This document shows positions 1 through 12,000 of a stretch of 35,623 nt of DNA, in pieces. The number at the start of each line of letters is the position of its first letter. Position 1 is the stretch's first letter. The stretch comes from Candidatus Omnitrophota bacterium. GTDB taxonomy: Bacteria; Omnitrophota; Gorgyraeia; B26-G9. The stretch is taken from contig QNCH01000001.1 of the NCBI GenBank assembly GCA_003645745.1, forward strand, positions 1-35,623, in the 5' to 3' direction. The notes beneath the pieces are model-generated. The model was not told the origin of the DNA and ran no database searches. It worked only from the letters and a program-made list of their open reading frames with translations. The position numbers were made by a program, and so were the translations under genes.

Positions 1-62
1 AGGCAAATACAGTAAATATTATTGATAATGGACAGCAGCGCCAAATAAGTAAACATGAGTTT

Positions 63-3000
63 TTGAATAATTTTAGCGGGTATATCTTGGCGCAGGGAGA
101 AATTTCTTTTGGGGAGAAGTTAACTCAGGAGCAGACAAAGGATATTACGGGCTCCTTCTCCTCAGCAGCTCTTTTTAAGGCAATAACTGGAAGAAGTAGG
201 AAATCATCGGCTACTACTTTAAAGGATATTACGGTATCCTCATCCTCATCGGATCTGGTGGTAACAGATACTAATCATAACGGGAATTTAGATACCCAAG
301 ACAGGGTAACTATTTCTTCAAGCCAGGGAGAGGTAGAGACTATTTCAGGTTCGCAGGCAGTTGAGCGTATACAAAAACAAACAGGGTTAGAGCAGTCTGT
401 TTTTAATCTAACAGAGCTTAATAATTCTACTTATAATGTGAATATGGTTGATATCACTGGAACGCAAACCAGAATAACATCTGTTGCGAGACAGGACGTA
501 GTGAGAGTTGAGACAATTAATTATACTCAGTTATCAGAGGTTCAGAATAGTTCTTATACAAACTATGTTAGTAAAGGGAATTTTGAGCAGGCTGAATATT
601 TTTTAAAACAGAATAATTTATATCAGAATGAAAATACTACTGAGTATATGAGTGACGGCACAAACAAAGTTTTAGAGAGCAGTCAAGTTTTGGTTAGTGA
701 TTCTACAACGTGTGTTACGCGTACAGAGTCTGCGGGAGAAGATACAGTTGTTTCAGTAGAACAGATTGAAGATGGCAAACTTAGTCACAAAGATGTATAT
801 GCAGTTGCTGAAACAATAGAAAATAATATGTGTGGAGTTTCAGGGCTTAGTTTTGAATTACAAAAAGAAGATATAGTTGGGATTAAGTCAGCAATGGATT
901 ATAGTTATACAGATGGAGAAGTTGATTATGAGATTAGCCAGGTAAATTTTAAAGACGGCGCAGCAGTTAATTTTCAGAAAATTAGCCTTAAGTTGGATAA
1001 CTCTGATTATTGCCATATTAATGAGATAGGCTTTATTTATAATCGGGATCAAAATGGCGCTATTGTTAAAAATGAAGCTAAGGACTCAGAAGATTCTGAT
1101 GGCCAGCAGAGCGAGCAGACAGAAAATGAATATGTAAAAAATGCTCAGGCAGTGTTAGAAAACATCTCAAAATTAGAAGTTAACCAGACAGAAGAGATTT
1201 ACAAAGGTTCTGAGTTTGTTTCAGGAGTATATATTAAGGGTTTTACATTTGCTGAATATGACTCTGTTGATTTCGCGAATAATTCATTAAGTTATACTGA
1301 TGATGATAGTATTGTTTGGGAAGCAACGCAGATTACATTTAATGATCTTAATTTTTTATCAGATTCTTATGTAATAAACCCGGATTTTCTTGTTGCTAAG
1401 TTCAGTAAGAAGACAGAAAACGGTGTGTTAATTTTTGTAGCTCGAAATACCAGTATTACAGATGTTACAGATATTACTACAGCTGCTTACGATTTGTCAG
1501 ATACTTCCTTTAATTCTATCCAATATGTAAATAATAACGGAGATGTTTTTTTTGCGGATAATGTAAGTTTTGAAAGCCAGTCTTTACGCGGCGCATATAC
1601 CTTAGATATGCAAAAAGACTCAAGCGGCTGTTTTGAACATATTAATGTTCAAAATACTGATTCAGATGGCGTTGTAAGAGTAACTACTAATTTGGTAATT
1701 GATCCAAATGATTTAAGCAAGTCCAGCTATGACCTCTCAGATACATCTAAAAATTCAGTACAGCATAGGAATGAAAACGGAGACATTTATTCAGCGGATA
1801 ATGTAAGTTTTAATAGCGAGTCTTTAAGTGGTACTTATACATTGGATTTAACTAAGAATGGGGCGGGTAATTTTAAACATCTTAGTGTTTATAATATTGG
1901 CGATGATGGAGTGGTGCGGTTTACTTCCAATATTTCAGTAGAAGATGAACATAATATTAGGTCTGTTGAGTATGACCTTTCAGATACGTCTAAGAATTTT
2001 ATTCAATACAAAGGAGAAGACGGCGAGCGGCATACTGAAAATGTGAGTTTTTCTGGAGATAATTTAAGCAGTGCTTACACAGTTGTTGAAGTTGAAGAAC
2101 AGACAGAAGTGGAAACAGAGCCTGAAAGAAGCGCGGCTTTAGAAGCAATTACTACTTACGAATATGACGATCAGGGCAGAGTAATCGAGGAACGCAGGGA
2201 TGGCAATGTTTTATATCAAAATGAGAATGGCGACATAGCAGCAGTTACTGTGTATAAAGATTGGGTGATTAAATACGAGTATGATGAGAGCGGCAACAAG
2301 TCTTCAGAAGTTTTAAATGGAACAGTAGTAACTTATAACATAAAACCTGGGATTAGCTGTACTGCGGAAGATATAGATGCGTTATTGAGTTCTGATACAG
2401 CAAATATAACTGAGCTTGATTATAATCAGGATGGTGTATTAACAGCTGCGGATATGCAGGCTGCGATAAATCAGCAGCAATACTTGATTGATCGGATTGA
2501 CCGGTACAGCAGTAGGAGGCATAGAAGTAGCTCTCGTGTTAGAAGTGCTTCTAATGAGCTATCATCTCTTTTATCCCAATATGATTTAAATATTGACGGC
2601 ACGATTGATTCAGCTGATCTGGCTATTTTTGAAAAATCTGCTGAGTTTGTTGAAATTATCAGTAATATAACAGTGTCTATTACAGAATATCAGGATTTAA
2701 GTACTCAATATTCCTATGATAGTAATGGAAATGTAAGTTCTAAGGTTTTAAGTGGAAAAACTTATTCTATAGAGAACGTTAGTGATTATGAGATAGGGAA
2801 ATACACAATAGAAGAGATTTTGAATTCAAACGCGGATAAAGTTGATTTTAATCATGACGGCAAAGTAACTGTTAGTGATGTAAACTTAGTAAGTTCCGCG
2901 GTAGAGGAAGCGAATGAATTGATGAAAAGAATACAGCAGTATCAGGGGTATATTGATAACGGCAGCCATTATCAGGTTCCGTTAGCACAATGTGAGCGGC

Positions 3001-6000
3001 AGTTTTCAGCTCTTTTAGCTAAATATGATTTAACCGGAGACGGAGTGATTGACTTAGCTGATTTTGCTTTTTGTCAGGAAAATGTTGGGCTTTATAAAAT
3101 TTTCGATATTGGGGGATCTATTGCAGTTACTGAATATAAGGCATTTACTACTGACTATACATACGATAGTAATGGCGAAATAAAATCTGAGACTTTAAAT
3201 GGCAGTGTGGCAAATTATTCTTATTCCATCAAAAATGGGACTGCACATAAATATACTGTAGAAGAAATGCTGAATTTAGATACGGATAAAATTAACTATA
3301 TTATTGAAAAACAAAAAAATTATAGCAGCCATAGGCATATTATTGAGCTTTACGTGGAGCGCTATGCCAGATATGGAGTTTCTGCAGAGGAATTATCTCA
3401 ATATGATTTAACCGGAGACGGAGTGATTGATTCAGCTGATTTTGCTTTTTATAACAGGGCTCTTGAACTTGTTGCAATTCGCAAAGACAATTCGTTTTCA
3501 GTAACTGAATATAAAGATTTAGTCACAGAGTATAATTATGATGGACAGGGCAATGTGATTTCAGAAATTAAGAACGGAAAAATGATGGAGTGTTCTATAT
3601 TTAGCGGGGGTAAAAATACTGAACTGACCGAGTATGAAAATTACGAGGTAAATTATACTTATAATGAGCAAGCGCAAGTTACTTCAATGTCATATTCCGG
3701 AAAAATAACCACGTATCAGATAAAAAATAAAAATGTTACTTTTGATAATATTGAAGAAATTTGCCAGCAGATGGGAAATTCGGCAGGGGCAATAGAGAAA
3801 TCTGTTACAGAATATGATAATTATCAGATTACAAACATAAATTATAATGAAGATGGAGAGATTATTTCTCAGGCTCAGGATGGCAAAATTATCATTACGA
3901 CTTTATCCGGAGTAGTAACAAAAACCTACACCTCAGAAGTCGCTGATGGCCAGGTTGTCAGCCAGATAATTGACAAATACGCGGATATGGAAGACAAAGA
4001 TTTATCCGGGCATTTTAAAGAAGTATATACTTACAAGCGCAATGATCAGGGAGATATGTTAGAGGAAACTGTAGAGCAGTTTGCGTCTAATATTGGGGAT
4101 TCAGAATTAACTCTTATTGAGAAACAGGTAAAAACTTATGAGTACAACAGTGATGGAAAAATAACTAAGCAGGCCACAGATGTTTATAAATTACAGGTAG
4201 TGGAAGCAGAACATTGGACATATAAACCTGCCGGATATATGTCTAAAGTAGATCAGAAAGATGAGTTGATTCCAGAGATAAGAGACTTTGTGCTTACAGC
4301 TCAGGAAATTATTACTTATACCTACGATAGTGAAGGGGTGTTGTCAGGAAAAACAACAGATACATATGAACTGCTGGTAATGCGTGACGCGCATTGGACA
4401 TATTTGCCGCCGCAAAACAGATCTGTTTGTCTTAAAGATGAATGGGTTCCTGCTGAAAGAGAGCTTGTGCTGACAAAACAGGAAGCTGCTGTTTATGACA
4501 ATGCCGGGACAATGGTTGAAAACACCATAAATACTTACGCTGCACAGAAAACAGGAGGTCATTGGGTAAGGTCATATGATGACTCTGGGAAAAGGAAGAG
4601 CATCTGGATCGCTGATAAAAAAGTAATGGTTAACACCAAACAGGAAGTTACTACTTATGAGCATAACAGCAGTGCCGGAACAATTAAGGAGAGTACAGAT
4701 ATTTATGTTCTTCCCTCAGATGAACACAAACAAGAACTTGTCCTTAGCGGACGCGTGGTTAATCTCAGGCAATATAATAGTATGGGAACGCTTTTAAGTG
4801 TTACTACAGATACTTACGGAACTCCTGAAGATAAGCGGGATCTTCGTGATTGGCAGAGGGCGAATCCATCTGAGGATTTAATGCATTTAAAACAAGATGT
4901 TGTTACTTATGAATATGACAATACAGGAAAACTGTCTAAAGTGACTACTGATTCCGCATGGTATCGCGATAGACAAAATACACAGACCAGTATTATGTAT
5001 ACATATTCAGGCAATACTACAGCGATTGTCACTACAGTCAAAAATTATGCAGGAAATGTTACGTCTAAGGAAGTCACATTAACATTTTCTAATGGAGGAA
5101 GTTATACTCAAGGCAAAGCGGGAACCAGATGGTGGAGTGAAATAAAGAGTGTGGCTGGAGACGTAATTTCTAAAGGAGGGGCTGCTGGCAAAGGGGGGAG
5201 TTCAAATTGGATTAAGAAATATGATTTACAGGGTAATTTGCGTATGAGTCAAAGCTCATCTCATTTTTCAGGCCGCGATACAGGTTATCACACAACCAAA
5301 GAAACGCAGGAAGATGGAAGTGTGGTAACTGTAAACACCCTATGGGAGTCTTCCTGGAGTAATTCGTCATTTTCTTTGCAGAGATGGGATGTTTTTGGCA
5401 TTAGAACTGCGAATAAGAATAATAGCTCATCTTCGTCTTCGTCTTCTAATCTGCGGAAAACAGTAACTGTGCAATACGCGGATACTACTAATAGCGCTGG
5501 AGAGACAATAAAAGGCGGCAAAACTGTTACTGAGTATAGGAAGGGTGAATTCAAGTCTTCTGAAGTTTTTAACGGCTCAGGCAAAAAGATTCTTGCTTGT
5601 AACACTTCAGGTATTACATACGCTGACGCTTTATATGAACCAAAGTTAACCGCGTTTTTCAATGATAATCCTGATTTTAGTAATCGTGCTGTAACCGGAA
5701 GTTTTGACACGCAAAGCAACCTTGTAGTTTCTCTTGTTTTGTCTGAAGGCGCTTTATTTAATGTTATTTCTTTTGCCGGTGCAGCATGTACAAGTAAAAA
5801 TATTGCCGGCGGAGACGCTGTAATCGGCGATGTAATTGGACAAATACAGACAATGGATTCTGGAGCTGTTGTTGCGGAATTAGGGCTTAACGCGGGCACA
5901 GCTGCTGCTGAGAGCCTTAACGAAACAGCGTATGGCTGGACAACTTACAGAGGCACAGAAGATATTTACGCGCAGGATTTGAGCCGTATAGCAACAGTTA

Positions 6001-9000
6001 CATATACTCCTATGGATAAACTTAAAAATCTCGTTACATATAAAGATAATAGTATTGACCAAACTTACGCGTTAGAAGAATTGCCTGAAGAAGATGCCCC
6101 TATTATAGAGCCTGCGGCTGATGCTGACGCGGATAGCGGAGCAAATACTTTTGCTGATTGGACTGGGGCTGGAACTAATCTGACGATTATAGATAATAAC
6201 AATAATGGAATTATGGATGATGGAGATAGTGTGAATATCAGTAATGGCGACTCAACAGCAAATATGACAGTCTCTGAGGCGATTGGAGTTATACAACAGC
6301 AAACAGGCGTGAATTTGTCTGAAGGAATTGAGCTTAGCGCGGCAGAGATTAATAACCAAATTAGCAGTTCTGGTTATGGCGTGAATATGATTAATATAAA
6401 TTCTAATCAAACTACAATAACTTCCGCGAATAGCCAGGGCACGAGAATTTATACAATGGAGCATAGCCAGTTATCAGATGCGCAAAATAGTTCATATACA
6501 AATTATCTGAGCGCCGGTAATTTTCAGCAAGCAGAATGGCTGTTAAAAGCGAACCATTTATATACAGGCGGTAATGTCAGAGAAAATTTAAGTGACGGCA
6601 CAAATGTAGAGCTATCCCGTACTAATTTGTTAGCGTATGGTGATAATTTGTGTGTTACACGCACTGAATATGCGGAAATGCCTGCCATTGTTTCAGTAGA
6701 AGCATTTAAAGATGAGAAACTTAGCCACAAAGATGTGTACGGAGTTGCTGAAAGCAGCGCGGAGAATACAATATATGAAGTTTCAGGATTTGAGTTTGGC
6801 TTATCCGGAGAAGAAATAGTTGGGATTAGTTCAGCAGCTGATTATAGTTATACAGAAGGCGAAGATGATTATGAGATTAGCCAGGTAAATTTTGAAAATG
6901 GAACAGCAGTTAATTTTCAGAAGATCAATCGCAGATTAAGTGATTCAGATTATTGCCTGATTGAAGAAACAGGTTTTATTTATCACCGTGATGAAAACGG
7001 TAATATTATTAAGATTGAGACTGAAGAGACAAAAGCAACAAATAGCAGCGGCGGGCAGCAGGAGAATGAATCTATTAAGAACGCGCAAGATGTATTATCC
7101 AATATATCAGAGGTAGAAACAGAGAGCGAAGGCAATATTTATGAAGGTGTTGCAATGCTTTCTTCAGAATATATCAGCGGGTTTATCACAGCTGTTTATG
7201 ACTCTTCCAACATAGAAGAAAATACATTAAGGTACACTGATGAAAATAACATAACCTGGGAAGCAAGTAATGTTACTTTTGCTGACCTTAATTCTTTGAC
7301 AAACACTTATACAATAGATGCTGATTCTCTTGTTGCGTTGTCAAAAACGGAGAAAAATGGCGGGCTTTTGATTTGTTCCACCACAAATACCAGTATTACA
7401 GATGTTAATGATATTACTACAGGCGCATACAGCCTTTCAGACACGGAACAAAATGCGGTAATGTATGTAAAGGACAATGGAGACACCTATACTGCCCTTA
7501 ATGTAACTTTTAATACTGAAAGTTTAACTGGAGGCTATGATTTGGATTTAAGCGTTGATGCAAACGATAATTTAAAATATATCAGTGTTTATAATAAAGG
7601 CGAAGACGGTATAACCAGATCCACAATTAATATTGTGCTTAATCGCGGTAATGATTTGAGCCGCGCCAGTTATAGCTTGGCGGATTCTGCTCAGAATTCA
7701 TTAGAGTATAGGGATGAGAATGGGGATATTTATACAGCTGAGAATGTTAGTTTCGCTGGGAGAACTTTAGACAGCGAATATACTTTGGATTTAAGCGCGG
7801 ATGAAAATGGCGGTTTGAATTATGTTAGTGTTTATAACACAGACGAAAATGGAGTGGCAACAGGGACTACAAATATTTCCATTGAAGATGAACATAACCT
7901 TAAATCCGCGAGTTACAGCCTAACAGAAACCGCGAATAATTTTGTTCAATACACAGATGATGATGGGTGCAAATATAGCGCAGAGAATGTAAGTTTTTCA
8001 GGAGAAACATTGGATAGTGAGTACACCCTGGATCTAAGCCGTAACACAGATGGGGGGCTAAATAATATTAGTGTTTACGCTGTTGCCCAGGATGGGACAA
8101 TCAGAGGCACAGCAAATGTGGTAATTGAGGATGAGCATAACCTTAGTTTAGCGAGTTATGATGTTTCTAACGCGAAGCATAATTATATGCAATATATAGA
8201 CGAATCAGGTGTAGTGTGGAAAGTTTCTAATGTAGAATTTAGCGAAGGTACTTTAAGCGGTGCGTATCAATTGCATGATATTGCGGGTTTTAGTGATGAG
8301 GAGTTGCTCGGCAAGACATTGCCTAAAATAGCATCTGAATTTAGTGAATTAGTCAGTTCAGGGCCTTCTCAATATGCTGGATTAAAAGAAAGCAGGTTTG
8401 GCGCAGCCGGGAAGTATGATATTTCAGTTGATTTAAATGAAGGAATCGCGACTTACGTTCAAGACAGTGATTTTATTTTTGCGATTACATTAACAGAAAA
8501 AGAAGGAGCAGGCGAAGGAGTTAGTTTTCAGGCAGGTGATCTGATCAGCTATCGCAGCGTGAGGATTATAACAGAAGATAGAGTAATGACAGATGTTATT
8601 ACAGGCGGCGAATTTACGCTTTCAGCAGGCACATATACGTCAATGGTAGATTTATTAGAAGGCACAGAAACAGTATTTGCTGAGGATGAGAACGATTCCT
8701 CTTATATTTTTACTACTGTTGACCGGACAGCTACCTTTGATGACTCGCAGGAAACAGTTGATTTTAACGCCGGAGATCTTATTGGCGGCAGGTACAGCAT
8801 TGATTTAACTGAGGCTAAATTTATCACTGATCCTATAACTCAGCAGCAGGTAAGTATTGCCCCTGGCACATATACAGTAGCATTGGATTTATTGGAAGGC
8901 ACAGAAACAATAATTACTGATCAGGATAAAGGTTTTTATTATACATTCACCACCATTGATAGAGAAATAATGATTGAGAACGCGACTAACTTAGTTAATT

Positions 9001-12000
9001 TTAATGCGGGAGATTTTGTTGCGGGCAGATATGAAATTACTTTAACTGAAGACATCCGCCTTCCTGATTTAAATATAAGCGGCAAAGGCATAGGCGCTGT
9101 GATGCCGCAAGGCACGTATATCGTAGTTGTTGATATGAAGAGCGCGACACAGACATTTTTGGCCCCAAACAATGAAGAATTTTATTATACATTTACTACA
9201 GTAGGCCGCAGGGTAAAATTTGAAGGTATTGAAAATGATGTGATTATTAGTGTAGATGCCGGAGGTTTTATTGCAGGCAGGTTTGCGGTGCATATTGGCA
9301 AAGGTGTAAGCTATGAATTATTTGCAAGTAGGCTGCGTTCTTCTGGGGATATTAGCGCGTATGGATGGAGTGATGAGATGTCTGTAGAGTATGGTTACGC
9401 TGTTGAAGGTGACCATATTGCGGAATCTGATGTATTAGGCGGCACAAATACCATAATAGATGAAGAAAATGATTCTTTTTGGACATTTACTACTGTTAGG
9501 CGGGATCTTGCCTTGCCAGAACCAGCTGAAGGTTGGGGGCGTAGAGATAGTAGAACCAGACGCATTGAAAAAGGCGCTCTTATCTCTTTCAGATATCAGG
9601 CAAGAGTTGAGAAAGATATATCTCTTGACTACGGCGAAATTTTGGCAAAAGGAAATTATATTGTTGAAAAAGACTGTATAGCAAGAACGGAAACATATAC
9701 TAATAAAAGCGATGCTTCTTATTATACCTTTTATGTTGGGAGCAAAGAGGATTTATCCAGCTCCTATGATCGGTTAAGCAATCAGGGTATGAAAACAAGC
9801 CGGGGAAGGGCCAGGAGAAATCGGCAGATAGAAGAAGTGAGGAAACAGTTGATTTATATCAATGGCCCTGGCATATTAATCAAATCCGGAAAAGAAAAGA
9901 CTATAAGCTCAGAAGATAATGTAGGTTTTAATGATTTTCTTACCGGTCAACAGAAGCAGGTACAGGAGGGGAAATATTTTTGTGAGATTGATTATCTTGA
10001 AAAAATAGAGACTTTGAGTAACAAAGAAACCGGAAATATTTATAGTTTTGCCCTTAATAGTGTAGAGGTTGGCAAAGGATGGGAGAAGGGGTATATATTA
10101 GAGCGAGGAGATTTTATTGGCGGTAGATATACGGTTAACTTGGAGCAGGATTTGCCGATAACTGATTGGAAAACAAATCAGCAGGTAAATATAGGGGCAG
10201 GAGAATATACTGCTGTAGTTGATTTGCTGGAAGGTACAGAAACACTGGTTGACGCAGAGAATGATTTTTATTATACATTTACTACTATTGACCGAAGTTT
10301 GGCTGATACAGAACAAAGAGACGGTTATAATTTTTCTGCCGGCGATTTTATCCAGGGCAGGTATAGTTTGACCATTGGGCAAGAGACTGATGCTTCTTTG
10401 AGCTTGGAGGATGGAGTAGATGATATATCCGCGCAACAGGAATTATCTGTAACAGATCCTGTATCCAGCCAGCAGGTAAATTTTGCTGCAGGTGAATACA
10501 TTGCGCAGGTTGATTTATTAAAGGGCATAGAAATACTTATAGACCAGCAAAACACAGATGATAATTTTCACTATACCTTTACTACAGTGAGAATAAACCT
10601 TGCGCCTGAAGGTGTGGCTGCTGCTAATGTGCAGGCTGGAACACTTATTGAAGGCAGATATGAGGTTATTTTAAGCAGCAATATAAACATACTGGATGTA
10701 GAAACTAATCAAACCACAACTTTACAGGCAGGTGAGAGTTATATTGCTGCTTTAAATTTACTCGCTGGGCAGGAGGTTTTGACCACAAATTCAGGGGATA
10801 ATTTAGAGGCCACTTCTTACACTTTTATAATCAATAATCCTGCTGTTTCAAATGCAGCGGATAATTATATTTTTGATTTAAAAACAGGAAATGTGGTTGC
10901 CCCAAGGAATGTAACATATGATGCAGGGGGCCAGATTACCGGTTATGAATATTCTGAAATGTATGGGGCTTTAAATCATACAATTTCAGGCATAACCAGG
11001 GAAAATGACATAGCCGAGCCTGAAACACTGTCCACATTCCCGCAGTCTCAGATTATTGGCAATAAGGTTACAGGCTGGCAATGTATTAGTGATGACCTGA
11101 TTTCTGGGGAAATAGAAACAACTCAGAGAACAGGCATTACTTATGATCAGGAATTAAGGATTGCCGGATATACAGACAGAATTACATCTCCTGCTACACC
11201 TGAGTTGGTAACCACAAATATTGTTTCAGATGTAATGAAATGGGACGCGCAGGGCAATCCTTTAGAATATACTCAGGTTAACAGACAGCAGTCTCTTCTC
11301 GCGGAAGAATTTGAAAGACTTGGCGGCGGGCCTCAGGAAGTAACAATTAGTGTGACCGCGCGCGGCGGCGGCAATCATTCTATGCCTTATTTTGGAGTAT
11401 TTGTAAATGGAGAAGAAGTTAGCAGATGGCAGTTAGGGCATGACGTAAGTAATGTATATACAGTAACCTTAACGTTATCTCTAGGAGATAGCATAGAAAT
11501 CAGGCAGATTGATATTCCTAAACATGGCTCAACAAATTTAACTAAAGTAGAGGTTACGCTTGGAGATACTACTTTTAGTACAAATATGGATGACAAGCGT
11601 AATTCTGCTTCATGGGCGAGCGACTATCGTTTAGCAACAGACCAGATTATGCAGGGAGAGGATGTATCTGATGGATACTATCAACTTTATCCATACAAAG
11701 GCCGGGGGGCGGGATCAGTTGATATCACCGGCCAGATTTTTCTTAATAGTATAGAAACAAAAGTTGTCTCAGACACGCAATTAGATTCTGGGGGCAATCT
11801 TATTTCGTGGAAAGAAACTATAGTTACTAATGCCGCGCCGAATTTAACGACAGAAAGTGTATATACACGCACCAGTACTGGAGTGATTATTAAGTCTCAT
11901 CTTTTTGGCACAGATCCAAACGGCAATCTCAGAGGCAATAAAGACATTGAAAATGAAGTTACCCAGTCTTTAATTAACGTTTATAACAGCAGCTCTGAAC

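Noticed and set aside
3023-3450. Possible diversity-generating retroelement template/variable-region (TR/VR) pair, suggested by the 50-nt near-identical dockerin-loop patches.
   Set aside because: The two mismatches are C/T exchanges rather than adenine-specific substitutions. No reverse transcriptase or accessory gene is in the window. The patches are ordinary in-frame repeat units.
5424-5447. Poly-serine tract (S8, agc tca tct tcg tct tcg tct tct) as a slippage-prone phase-variation site.
   Set aside because: Codon usage within the tract is mixed, so it is not a true simple-sequence repeat at the DNA level. It is probably just a flexible linker.
5721-5850. Hydrophobic stretch LVVSLVLSEGALFNVISFAGAACTSKNIAGGDAVIGDVIGQI as a possible early TM segment.
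   Set aside because: It is interrupted by Glu, Lys and Asp residues and is much less hydrophobic than the clusters at 12729 and 20270. It is more likely buried beta or amphipathic structure.
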